In this document: positions 13,478 through 26,040 of the stretch, piece by piece | Numbering within the stretch: position 1 is the stretch's first letter | Layout of the letters: every line of letters starts with the position of its first letter | NCBI RefSeq assembly: GCF_036321535.1 | Contig: NC_087437.1 | Coordinates: 106,580,001-106,644,000 of the forward strand | Direction: 5' to 3' | Source: Camelus dromedarius | Taxonomy: Eukaryota | DNA: 64,000 nucleotides | Position numbers and translations under genes: made by a program | The notes under the pieces: generated by a model | The model's database searches: none | Told to the model about the DNA's origin: nothing | The model's input: the letters and a program-made list of their open reading frames with translations, nothing else

Positions 13478-14439
13478 ACCTAAGCTTTTTCCTTAGGAGG
13501 AAAGAATCATGTCTTACTCATCTCTGTATTTCTAGGAAAATACTCAGAACAATACTGGCACTCAAATATTGGTTGAACCAAATAGATTTCCTTCCAGAAC
13601 ATACTGGAATAATCCAGCTGAAATAATATAAATTATAACTATGTAAATGTGACAAAAATACAGCTTGCCTTCCACAGGTGCAAAATATATATATGCATAC
13701 AGTTTTAAAGGTACTTAGGAGATCAAAAGTGATCAACATTAAGTAAAATGACCCCTCTGGTTCAAGACTGATCCGTAGTTATTTTGTATAAATAATGAAA
13801 AATTAACTTTATTGTATAAACTCCCTCTGGGTCAGTGTATAACAGTATTCTGTCAATTAAGAAGTTGTGAGTCAATCTACATACACACACACACATACAA
13901 ACACAAACATACACAAAAGGGGTGGTAACTGCCTCTGAGCAAAATTCACATGAAAGCAGGGTCACACATTCATAACTAGGGTTCCAAGACTAAGGAAATC
14001 CAGCCAGATCTTCTCTCCTTGAGTAAAGACTTTCTAATCCTATCCAATCATTTCATCATGAATGAATGATCTGGACAAAGGGAGAGAGGGCTAAACCACT
14101 GGAATCCCTTTAAATAACTGAATAATTCTACTGGAATAACAAGTGTACACTAACAGGTTACATACACAAAAAGCCCAATCACAAGTCATGACCAGAAGTT
14201 TCCTGTTTCCAGAAACTTCTTTATGCCCTGTATCTGCAACTATGAACCTGGTCTTAATCCATCACTTTCTGAAAGAGCTCTGGAGACCCTGGGGGACTTA
14301 CAGGTTCAGGGTACCTTTAGGAGGGACTGGCTGAGGGAACCCACACCTGAAGGTACCAAGATAAACCCTGGAATCAAAAGGAAAAGATGCTTGTCTAGCA
14401 TGTAGCTGCTGTTTGGGGAGCCTCTTCTCTTTGACTCCT

Positions 14440-14525
14440 GACTTTCTTTATCTCTGAAATGGATATATTAACACCCCACCTTACAGGACATTATGAGGAT
14501 TAAAATTCAGTAACATATATCAAAT
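14440..14525 (+). mobile_element. MIR core fragment
   Basis: tttctttatctctgaaatgga...accttacaggacattatgaggattaaa. Confidence 0.6.
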
Positions 14526-15294
14526 GGATGGTAGGCCATTTGTTTTAAGAGCTAACCATAATGACTCAGCTTGTAACCAGCAAAGAAAGGAAGGAAGGAA
14601 TTCCAAAATGAGAAACTTCCCAAGACATCTGCAGGGACTGAACTACAGCTCACAGAGCCCTTGAAATCTCCTGAGAGTTACTCCCACAAGGATGCCTGCT
14701 GTTTATTCAGGAATTCTGAGAGAGGATTTTCTGCTCTCAAGAAAATGCTGACTGTAAACCAGATATGACACACGGGTTTAGAGAATGCCTAATGCCACTT
14801 GAAATAGACCATCTTTCCTCATTTATCTGCAAGATGTCTGCCTGCCAAGTTGTTTCTAAGAGAGACAAACCAGTAATGACACTGTGGCCAAGTGTCCTCA
14901 TTCCCAGCCATGACCTGCAAGCTCAGTGTAGCAGATCTGACTCACCAAGCCGACAGGGTATTTTTACACCATCTATGATATTTTAATTCATGCAGGTTAA
15001 TGGCTATTTTAGCTCATTTCAAAATGTCTAATACAAGGTTCATGAAGTCCCCTCAGTGTACTATCAGTGAATCATAACAAGTTTTAACAGGGTGAAGGAG
15101 CTGTAGCAAATTTCAAGACGTTAAGAATTTTGGGGTTTATTTAGCCACAGTATTAAATTCATTTTTTATGAGAGTTCTTTTACATTAAGATTTTTTTTGT
15201 TGCCAGCGAATATCAATAAATTATTAAGTATGCATGTACATATATACATATACATATCAGTAATAATGCACACTCAAAATGGGCTGGTGGAGTT

Positions 15295-15582
15295 TAGAAC
15301 ATGTTTTTCAAAGTATTAACATATGCCTCACTTAATTTCTCAGTGTTCTCAAAAATCATTTCCAAAAGATGTCAACAGTTATTTCCTGTTGGAGGGGGGA
15401 TTCCACTGTCAAACAAATATGGGAAATGGATCCTTCAGGGTGGACATTGAAGCTTTGGGAAAATTCTGTAATAATGAAGCCAGTTTAACTTTTTTACACC
15501 AAAGTTTCCCAAATATATCTGGTCATGAAACCCTTCCATTGCAGCCCATTTAACATTATCTGGAACAGAGTTTGAAAAACAT
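15295..15582. mobile_element. Old hAT-Charlie-like MITE remnant (a similar one lies at ~59390-59650)
   Basis: Imperfect terminal inverted repeats (tgtttttcaaa...tttgaaaaaca) and internal tttcccaaa motifs. Confidence 0.4.
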
Positions 15583-17439
15583 TCTAAGAGACTTGAAATG
15601 GATAATTAAGCAAAAATTCAGCATGTCATTTTAAGTAAAACAACATAAATAAAACCAAAAAGAAGTCTTAGAGGGAACAAGAGCAGTGAGTGTTACCAGG
15701 CGCCTGCAGAACTCATTATAATAAACCATCAGATTTGACTCTCGGCAAAATAATTACACGATATGTAGAATTCAAAGCAAGGAAAGAGATGATAAGAGAG
15801 ATGATGTATTCCCAAATGCTCAAAATATTTTAAAAGCAAATCATGAGCATGCAGAAACATGCAAAAAAGTGAAAATCAAGAACTTTATAAGGTCCCAATA
15901 AGATTCCTGGTCTTTTGCCTTTTAAACTATACAGGTCAGTTGAATTAAGGTGTTTGTTAAAAGTTAGATTTTCATCTAAAGAAATAAATGTGAGAAGGCT
16001 GATGACAGGTGCATGTATCAAAATCACATCCCAGGATTCCAAAATCACATCTGTAAATTTCAATAAAGTAATGCTAAGTAAAAACAATGGGTGAATAAGG
16101 ACTAAAAAAAGAAAAGGCAGAAGACATGGATGCCATAACTCTGACCTGAAGCACATACCCCAGAGAAGAAAAAAGTAGTGCTTTTGTTTCCACAATACAC
16201 AGCATGACAGTTACTACTGATGTAACAGTAGAGGATACAAATTACTTCTGATTTTCCCATTTTCACACATGTGAGAAAGAGGTCAGCACAATTCTTAAAT
16301 TGGGGAAGACCTTGAAAAGAAAAGCACCAGGTAAGTAGAAGGCAATTAATGTAATAACCAGAACCTCACTATTTCTTAATGTTTTCATCAAAAATTAAAA
16401 AGTTATGCTAATTTTCACTATAAAGAAGCTAGAAAGAGTTCAACATCATACAAAAGCCAGCCTCCCAATTAGCAACGAATAGACTCTAATTCATACGAGG
16501 GTTACATTCACAAACAAAACCAGACACAGATCACCATTCTGTGTGCAACGTTTAAGACAGCAGAATTTGTATCGTCGTTTTTAAAAATAAGTGCTATAAT
16601 TAGGCCCTCATAACTTAGTCACAGATTAGATTTAGCTGAAAGTTTTAAAACATCTCTGAAAGAAAACTTTTCTGGTTTTAAATTCCTGTTTGAAGATCCT
16701 CAAGTTTCTCAGTGTTTCTCTGGAGGTAGCACTGCATTCACTTTTCAAGGGAGGAGCAAATCTCTGCAGAAAAGAACAAGGACTCTCTTCATAAGGAGAC
16801 AAATCTGTCCCTGACAGCAGTGGCTTCTAGCTGACAAGCACAGCAACTGACAAGTGCCTTTGAATTTCAGGAAGCAAGCATCTCTCCGTATTTACAAAAC
16901 TCATAACATCCTCCAGAAAACTTGTTTTGGATATTCAGAATATTCCATAAGACATTCTGTAACATAAAAATGCGTAGAAATGACTCAATTCTTTGCCTAA
17001 CTTTACAGCCAAAGGCAAATTCCTGTTTCTAAATGTGTCAGGTCTGGACAGCACAAATATGGGAGTCTTAAAACCAAAACAAAGACTTTACTTCTATTTA
17101 GCGATTTGTATTTTTAGCAGTAAGTCTTCCTTTCCTTCCTCCCTCACCACCACAGAAAAGAAAAAAGCAGGAAAATTTTGTTTTTAGTTAAACAGCCAAC
17201 ACCATCTTTTAGATGGGAGTTCATTACTAAGAATAAATTCTATATTTTCCTTTGAGTATACCCATTCCCGGGTAGTATAAATTTATGTTATCAATAAAGT
17301 ACTGAAAAGGCCCATAAAATCAAATATTTCATTATTACTCAAGAAGCACCAAGGTTGCCTAGCAAAATGTAACCTAAATTTTATAGTTCACAGTGGTTCT
17401 ATTAACTATTTTTTTTTCTTCAAAAACAGTTGAGTCTAG

Positions 17440-17674
17440 GGGGTGGGAAGGGATAAACTGGGCGTTTGAGGTTTGCAGATATTAACTACTACATATAAAA
17501 TAGATAAAAAACAAATTTCTTCTGTATAGCACAGGGAACTATATTCAGTATCTTGTAGTAACCTATAATGAAAAAAAGTATGAAAATAAATATATGTATT
17601 TTCATGCATGACTGAAACATTATGGTGTACATCAGAAATCGACACATTGTAGCAATAAAAAAAGAGAAAAAAAA
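17440..17674 (+). mobile_element. Camelid-type L1 3' end with 10-bp TSD
   Basis: gggtgggaagggataaa...ctgtatagcacagggaactatattca... plus A tail. TSD ttgagtctag at 17430-17439 and 17675-17684. Confidence 0.9.
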
Positions 17675-20143
17675 TTGAGTCTAGAGCAAGACACTCAACC
17701 AATCAAAATATTTGTTGGCTCCTTTTACTAAGCCAAAACAAAAATTATTACTCTTGCAGAAACATCAACTGTGAGATGGAAGCATGCTTAAATAATAAGA
17801 AAATGCATAAAGTAAAATTTCCGCATTGATGGACACTTTATAGCCAAAATGAGCATCTCGGTAAAAACACCCAATTGTTAACAACCTCCACTGAATTATG
17901 AAGCCTTATTTATTGACAACTCACTTGAATACCTAGTTCAAGTCATCTGAGAAATCCAACTAATCTCATCAGTGAGAACCATTATGTAACACACATGTGA
18001 TGTATAACACACTATGGTTGAAATATAGCTAAGTCTGGAGTCTCAAATTGTCAGAATGATAAACCATGAAACTCAAATTTGACACCCAACTTACACAGAG
18101 GGGTGTCTACTTCACATGAGTTGGTGATAGTTAATTAGTTTTTTTTTTTTTTTTACTAGATCTTCTTTTCTAAAACAAGGAAAAATACTACAACAAACTC
18201 CTCACCATGTTCAACAGCTACAAAAAATCCCCCAAGCTGCCCACCTAATTTTTAGATGACAATGGCTGGATCTAGCTCTGCCACTGATAAAGGATTAATC
18301 TTGTAAATAGGGACAGTTAAAAAAAAAAACAAACAACAAACAAACGTAAGATAAAATTGGTTTACCAGGGTAAGAAGTTATGCCTCTTACATGCCACCTG
18401 CAGCTCACTGGTAATAATGTAGTTTAAGGAGGAAAAAAGTTAAACTAATATAAGCCACATGCCTGAATTCTGATTTTAGCTCAGCCTTATAATAATTAAA
18501 TCTGCACCTTGTACCCAATAGATAATTCAGCATACTAAAGCTCTTTCAAACCAAAACCGACAAAGAACAAGGCTCCAGTGTGATGAATTAGACTTTTGAA
18601 GTCCAAGATAAAAATTAATCCTCTTTAAGAAATTAATTTTAGTTCTTCCTCACATTAAAAAAAAAAAAAAAAAACTCTCCTACTCTGGAACTACCCCAGG
18701 ACTTGACATTTCCATATGCAGTTTATAATTATCTGCCTTATGGCCTGGATATTTGTTTAGTATCCACAGTATACTTTATCTCCTTAAGTCCTGCCTCTGA
18801 GGACACAGTGCCGCCTTGCCCAAATGACAAACAAATATTTAGTTACTCCAAATTAGTTTGAAAAAAAAAAAAGTTAATTTTATAGCATTTTGAGATTTAA
18901 AACCATTTCTAAGGAAAATACTCCGTGTTGACTCACAGCAGAATCTTCCTTGTATGCCTATGTTAAATTCTAAGTGCAAAGACCCCAAAGGTCAAAATGA
19001 ATAAAGAACTGTCTTGATTTGAGATAAGAAAGTGAGTGAATGGAAAAGTGGTCTTCCTAGTTCACTCTGTACTAGGAGTTCCCTATATATACTTCATTGC
19101 TGAAACTTAATGTCAAAGAGAAGATTAAAAATCTGATAATTCCAGAGTAATTGGAAGGAACCTATTAATATCACATATGCAATTATTACTAACACAGTTG
19201 CCAACTTTTTGATTTTAGGACAGACTACGTTTCAATGTCTTAATTTTATTAATTATAATTACTATGGAAATGACTCACTAGACTGTGGATTAGCCATAAA
19301 TCTTGTTCTACATCTTTCTGGCTGCTAACTGATGAACAATGAGAATAAAGGAAAACACTCCCCTTTCAATATGAAATCAATCAAGACTAGTCTAAGAAAA
19401 TTTTCCTCCATGGAAACAGAGCTCTGTTTTAAATGACTAGATCTTTCTGGCTCTAATCTACAATGTAAATTTAGTTAACAACTTTGATTTCTAGCAAAAT
19501 GACCCTCAATATTTTATACTGACTTCCTTGATGTTGGAATTCCTTTAAAGGAATTTCCTCAAGGTGTTAAAGCAGTTTAGCATTTAAAAGAAAAGCAATG
19601 TTTGCCTGTTTGCAATTATGTATATATTTGTTCCAGTTTTTAGTCCATACTTTACATATTCTTGGAAGCATAATTTTAACATGCTCTTCCAGAAAATTAC
19701 TGACAATAACAAATATGAAACCATCACTATTATTAATATCTGCAAAAAGAGCCTGGGCTGCAAATCAAAAGTCAGATTAAAAGAGTACATAATTAATTTA
19801 AACACATCTCTCTGTAAATACAGCAGTGCCCACCTCCTGGTATTTTTAGAGCTTTGTATCCACACTACCGCTGGGGAATAGGCAGCAAGGTAAGGATGCT
19901 CTGCGCATAATCAGATAGCAAGCCAAAGATAAAGCCAGGATTAGAATTACCTTCTTAAATTCCTTAGCTTATCAAGAAAGTAGAGCTGGCGAATACGGAT
20001 GATTACCTCTACAGAAGCACCAGAGTTTCTCATCCAGGAAGCCAAGACCTTCCCCCGTCTATCTGAAAGCCGGTAGCGATTGAAAACAGCCACGTTAGAC
20101 ACAACTTCCATACCTCAGAACGTGCGACAGTGCAAGTACATCT

Positions 20144-20690
20144 TGTTACCCCAAAAGGTAAAGCCCCCAGTTCTTGTCATACCTGAAAGATAAGTTTATA
20201 ATCGGGAGATGGTGCATTGTGTAGTGAAAGATTTCAGAAGATTAATTTAGAAAAGGAAAAGTACACCTCCAGGAACGGGAGGGGAGCTAATCCAAGGGAG
20301 GAAAAGAGACGTTTTTTCCCTCCCCTTTCTCTTATTACCCGGCTTAGAGGTGGTCTCTTGATTGATTGACGGCTCTAGTCCCCGGAATGCTTAGCCAAGT
20401 TTGGCCCTTTTTGCGCATGTCCTTACCCAGGGCGTACACAGAAAAGCCCATGGTGTGGGAGGGCCTAAACCGCAGTGTTAATTATAATACAATGAACATC
20501 GGGTCATGTCCAGTTAAGTCCTTTCTGCTACCACGCAGTCAAGCTGTCGGGTTCTAACCCGTTTCTTGCTGGCGCTCATTTGGAAGTAAAGCCCCTTTAT
20601 GCTGGAGGCGGGCATAACGCCATATTCCAGACCATCTTCCCTCTCCTCCACCTATCTGCCCGGTGCCCCCACTTATCTAACTACCTAACA
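20144..20690 (-). mobile_element. Complete solo LTR (ERV1-like), 547 bp
   Basis: TGTTA...TAACA inverted termini, 4-bp flanks ATCT/ATAT, and a GC/CpG-richer interior. Orientation inferred from TATA-like and poly(A)-like motifs on the minus strand. Confidence 0.75.
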
Positions 20691-20859
20691 ATATCAATAT
20701 ATATAATTTAATTGTATACAACTTCCTAACTAGTAATCATGGAACCACGAAAATCCATGCAAAATCCAGAGGAGATTTCTGGTTAATTTAATGCAAACTC
20801 AATCTAATTACTTCATGTAGACCTCTCTTTCCTTTTTACCATCACAAATTTTCATTTTT

Positions 20860-21048
20860 TTATTTTTATTTTTTCTTTTTAAAAAGTTTTATCGCACATT
20901 TAAAAAGACTTTATATTTTGAATTAATTTTAGACTTACAGAAAAGTTGCAATGATAGTACCGTTTCCATATCCCTCTGCCTCAACTTCCTCTAATGTTAA
21001 CATCTTCTACATAACCATAGTAAAATGACCCCAAATGAGAAATTACCA
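20860..21048 (-). mobile_element. L1 3' end (L1MC/MD-like) with 17-bp TSD
   Basis: T tract, then ttttgaattaattttagacttacagaaaagttgcaa. TSD cacaaattttcattttt at 20843-20859 and 21049-21065. Confidence 0.8.
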
Positions 21049-21170
21049 CACAAATTTTCATTTTTAATCTCCCTGTTCATGTATCAGGAAGAATGCAAAC
21101 TACTTAGAGAGGTCAATATACTTGTCTATTATCTCAAACTCATCCTCTACCCCTCACCCCTTAACACAGG

Positions 21171-21197
21171 CACTGGGGATTGAACCCAGGACCTTGT
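21171..21197 (-). mobile_element. Short SINE B-box fragment
   Basis: cactggggattgaacccaggaccttgt matches the core of the other SINE copies. Confidence 0.6.
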
Positions 21198-21499
21198 CAA
21201 ACTCCTTCTTGGGTAAATATTTTCATTTGCCAAATGGTGAGTCTTCCATCAGAGGCTAAATGAAATTCTTACCTAGAAGATACTGGAACTATAAGAGCCC
21301 TGCCTGCCTTTTCGCTCTTTCTCACCTTAGACTTCCATCTTCTCAACTTCACCAAACCAGGAGTGCTTTGCATATTACTCAGGAGGAAGAAGTAGAGAGA
21401 ACAGAGGTAGGAGTATGTGGAACTGTCTTTTAGAAACTTAGCCACATACACATCTGTAATCCTCTCATATTGCACCCTACTGCCTCTCCGAACACTAGA

Positions 21500-21780
21500 C
21501 TTGTACACACAAACACGTGTACACATATGTATACACACACCCTCTCACCCACACTTCCCACATACCACACTCCCTCCCTGCACACAACTTTCTCACCCCA
21601 CCACACACGACACACACCCACATAAAAACAGCACCACACCATACACATACCACACCCACCATACACAACTCTCCCATATACCCCCACCACCCCCACATAC
21701 AATCACATGACACATCTCCTCACCCTGTAGAAACCCCCCAACACACAACCCACACATGCACACACCACATTACATACACA
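21500..21780. repeat. Degenerate CA-rich low-complexity tract (UG-rich in APP pre-mRNA)
   Basis: ~280 bp of imperfect cacac/catac/ccac units; it produces several spurious H/T/P-rich ORFs. Confidence 0.92.
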
Positions 21781-22559
21781 TGGGCAATATGCAATCACCA
21801 AACTATCATGATAAACCTTTCAACAATAAATAAATAGATGATTCCACGATTCTACTCCATCCCGGAGCAACTGGGCTCAAGGGAATGTTATTTTTTAATG
21901 TGTACAAGCTTGTTTAGTAAGTTACTGTAATGTTTTGCCCCCTTAGGAAAACTGAAACTTGAATTTAAGACAGAAGTTGACCTTCATTTCATCTTTGACA
22001 TCTACAGCAATGTGATGCATAAAGAATTTTCAAAATGTGGATTTTTAAAGAACAGTTTATTTAACTCGGTCTACCTTGTCTATTTTTTCAGGGATGCTTT
22101 GTAAAAATTTGTGCTGATCGCTTTGTATCTAAGCTTTGAGCAACCTATAAGGCAGACAATGGACCCAGAACATAGGCTGGTTGTTTTCTTAAAAAATAAA
22201 GCTATTTTCTAACCTAGGTTCAAGTCCTGGGCCTGACTCCAAGGAAAATCTGTCTTCTGTTGCTAAACTGGAAAGACCCTTCCCTCGAGAAACCACAATC
22301 TGGTCCCTGTAGATCATTGGTTTTCAAACTGTGCTCTCAGGAACCCTGGGGTTCCTTAGAGGTGCTTCAGTATTTGAAAGAGGCCAAATAAAAGAAAGGG
22401 TTTTTAAGGTTTCAATGGACGCAGATTTTTTTTAACGTATTTTATAAATTGGGGTCCTACCCAATCTATTTTTTGTTTGACAGAATTAGTTACATTGCCT
22501 TGTGTTTAAACCCAAGTGAAAACCCATGCCCTCTACCCATGTCACAATCAGAAGTAGAA

Positions 22560-22691
22560 TTTTTGTAACTATCTACGATGATGGATGTTAACTAGACTTA
22601 CTGTGATCATTTTGTAATATATACAGGTATCTAACTATTATGCTGTATACCTGAAACTAGTATGTTGTACATCAATTATATCTTAAAAAAA
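22560..22691 (+). mobile_element. L1MA9-like 3' end fragment
   Basis: gatggatgttaactagacttactgtgatcattttg...tcaattatatcttaaaaaa; flanked by aagtagaa on both sides. Confidence 0.8.
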
Positions 22692-23985
22692 AAGTAGAAC
22701 TCACACTCCAAGAATTTTCACTGTCACAAAACAAGCTGAGGTTTGTTGGGAGGGATGGGCTGGTGCAAGGGAAAACTCACAGCAGGACCACTTCTCTATT
22801 GGGAATTACAGAAAACTGCAGAGAGCGAAAGCAGAAAGTGGATTGCCAAAACCAGACAAATTTTTGGAGCTATAATCTCTCACTTCAAAACTCTAGATAG
22901 AACTAAAACTAAAAAGTACATATTTCTAAAATTCAAATAAAATAAGTCAAACTTAAAAAAAAAAAAACCTAGCAATAACATAAAAGTATTCTAGTCACCC
23001 ATCCCAGGGATAAATTAAAAATACAGAGGGTATCCTATTTCTGTTTGTTCATTTAGTGGATATGAGTCATGGCTGTCCCTAGGACTCTACTGATGAAGCA
23101 AAATACATATTTGTTCTATAAACAAAGGGCTCCCTAGGGAACTTATCTTCCCCAGAAGTGAGAGCTGTCCGATAGGTATTTTTTGTGGTGATTTTAGATG
23201 GAGTCTGTACATTTTAATATGGTAGAAAAGGCTGATCAATATCTTGAACTGCGGGGGCTGTAAGAAACACCATGATGCAACGTAAATAAGAGATGAGAAA
23301 TAAGTAAGGGAAGAAGGTGTGTCAATGCACAAAACCAAATAACTGGAAAGATAAAGGACAGAAAAGCCAAAGGTGCACCCCCCCATGACCTTGAGAGGAA
23401 TGTATTTTATCATGTGGACATACCTTAATTTCAAAGGTAACTCAATATCAAATGATTATGTAAAAAAAAAATCATCCTTCACCTTGGGAAGGATACAAAG
23501 GGTTATTTCTTCTAGAAGCTCAATTGTCAACTGATTGTAACTCTACAGGTAAATTTACATTAGTGATTCTCAAACTTTAGCTTCCATCAAAATCAATGAG
23601 AGGGACTGTTAAATAGATTGCTCAGCCCACCCCCAGACTCTTGAGAACTGTGGGATAGTCCATGATTAATTCCTGCAAATTACCAGATTTTAAAAGCAGC
23701 CACAACTTCTGAAAACTCAATATACAATCAATGAAAAGCATTTCATTAAACAGAATTTTCAAGCAGAGCAGGAGAGTATTACAAAGAGAATTAATGTAAT
23801 TCTTGGACTAACATTTCACGGACTAACAAATTAAACAGGTACCAAGTAATTTGTCAATCCCAATCCTACTTTGGTCGTTACAAATTTTTATAATATTGTA
23901 ATTTACAAAAAGATAATACTACCTGGGAACAGAGTTTCACTTCACACAAACACAGACTTAAAAGAATTCCTCCTTCACAGAACTC

Positions 23986-24032
23986 ACTTAAATAGTTGAT
24001 AAACTGAGTGCCAAGTCTTGTCACTGGTCTGT
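23986..24032 (-). pseudogene. APP: Non-coding remnant or orthologue of the human alternative APP first coding exon (MDQLEDLLVLFINY)
   Basis: Minus strand ACA GAC CAG TGA CAA GAC TTG GC ACT CAG TTT ATC AAC TAT|TTAAGT keeps D-Q, D-L and FINY, ~27 kb into intron 1. No ATG, an in-frame TGA, 1 nt short, and TT where the donor GT is expected. Confidence 0.7.
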
Positions 24033-24544
24033 TTGAATCTGAGGGTGAGCTGGCCCCAATCACCTTCAGTTACATCAGCGGCTGTGGAATACTCCCTGCA
24101 ATCAACATACCGCTGCTGCAGTGACCACAAATGATCCACATCAGAGCTTCCCTCCTTGACAAGGTAAGTCAACAGAGCATCAGAACTAACTCAGCTTCCA
24201 CCAGGCACAGCATGGCATGGATCACAGGCACTGGGGACGAGCTAAGAGGTGATGAGCGCCAACAATGGACAATACAGCCCGAGTATCCTAAATAAATTTC
24301 CTTTTGTAAACTTCTTAACACAAAGCCCAGTGTCTGGGGTGAGAGAGGAAGAACAGAATCCTAAAGAACCTTTGGCCAAAATTCCATCTAAGGTTTACCA
24401 GTGATTTAATTTCCACTAACTCCCACCTCTAAATCAAGCTTCTGAAAAAGCAGCTGCAGTCAAGATAACAATTCAAGATGAAATCCAGATTTCAGCAAAT
24501 TCAAAGTCTGTATCAAAATGAGAACAGTGTAAGTTAATCAATAA

Positions 24545-24910
24545 AAAAAAACTTAAAAAAAAAAAAAAAGACACAAATGAAAACAGAAACAGAATCACAG
24601 ACATAGAAAACAAACTTACGGTTACCAGGAGGGAAAGGGGATGGGAAAGGATAAATTAGGAGTTCGAGATTTGCAAATACTGACTACTATATATAAAATA
24701 GATGAACAATTAGTTTATACTGTATAGCACAGGAGACTACATTCAATATCTTGTAATAACCTATAATGAAAAGAAATATATGTATATATATGTATGACTG
24801 AAATATTATGCTGTACATGAGAAATTGACACAACACTGTAAACTGACTATACTTCAATTAAAAAATGGAATAAAGTTATTTATAAAAATTTAAAAAGGGA
24901 AAAAAAAATT
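24545..24910 (+). mobile_element. Camelid-type L1 3' end
   Basis: acagacatagaaaacaaacttacggttacc...ctgtatagcacagg...actatacttcaattaaaaa. Confidence 0.9.
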
Positions 24911-25189
24911 TTTAAATAACCCTGTTAGGTAGAAGATATATTAACACCTTTAGAAAAAAATTTTTTTTTAAGTAGTAGCCTGTATTACTTCTTACCAGGT
25001 TTTGCTGCTGGTGTCAATTCATGGGCTTTCCCTTAATTTAAATTCAAATTTTCTATTGGAAGAATGACAGTGAATATTACCAACATTATGAGTGTGTTTG
25101 GGCTAAAGGTTCTCAAGTTTCTTTCTAGCTTTAGCCTTATAAGTCTAAGAAAACAATTCATTTATAGACTGTCTAGAGTAGGAAAAATA

Positions 25190-25345
25190 GAGGATTGAAG
25201 TCAGACTTTACAGGCTTAAATTCTAATACCTCACTGTGATTGTAGACAAAAGGCTATGATTTGGGCTCCTCACCTGTAAATTTGGGGATACCTATCTCAT
25301 AGAAACAGTGTGAGAATTAAATGAGCATGTAAATTGCTTAAGGAG
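25190..25345 (+). mobile_element. MIR
   Basis: gtcagac...ctcctcacctgtaaatttggggatacctatctcatag...gtgagaattaaatgag. Confidence 0.65.
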
Positions 25346-26040
25346 CAAAAATAAGGATGCTAATGATGACATGTAACTCTGAAGTCACAAATACCAACAC
25401 AAAGCCTAAAATTTTCAGAAAATTACACCACTTGCCCATTTTATGAGCCTTGAAGTTTTCACAAGCCACAAATTAACTTGAATTTTATGTAAATGTTTTA
25501 TATTTAATATGAATAGCCTGACAGTATATTTCATAATTTCCTGATTTCACCTACACTTTGGGTGTGGCCACATTACAAGAGAAAAGAAAACAACAAAACC
25601 AAAGGAAAGATAATAAACTGTTTTTAATCTTGTACTGAAAAACAGAACTGCAAGGCAGGGTCATAGATGACTGAGTTCTTTGGGGGATAAGAGCTGACAC
25701 TGAAGGCAGAGTTAAGAAGGTTACATGCTGTCACTTATACAGGTGGGTGTGTACACAGCCACCTGAAAATGTGGCTTATAACGTTATAAGCCAATCATCA
25801 ATGCTGGCTTACAGAGCAGTAATAATAAATATTTACTGAACATATACTGTGTCCTATGGGCTATTTTATTTCTTTTAATCCTCACAGTAACTCAAGAAGT
25901 TAGGTACTTTTCTAATTATTCCTACTGTACAAATAAAGACACTGAGATGTGTAAAGTGAGTTTTCAAAAAGGAGTGGTAACAAACAGTTATTACAAAGAG
26001 ATTCATACAGGTAAAAAGCATTCAAGAATTTAGAAAGGCA

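Noticed and set aside
14561..14570. ATGACTCAGC, an AP-1/ARE-like motif in intron 1
   Set aside because: An isolated short motif is expected by chance in 50 kb; no supporting context.
21269..21837. Cluster of overlapping H/T/P- and V/C/G-rich ORFs
   Set aside because: Translations of the CA/TG low-complexity tract.
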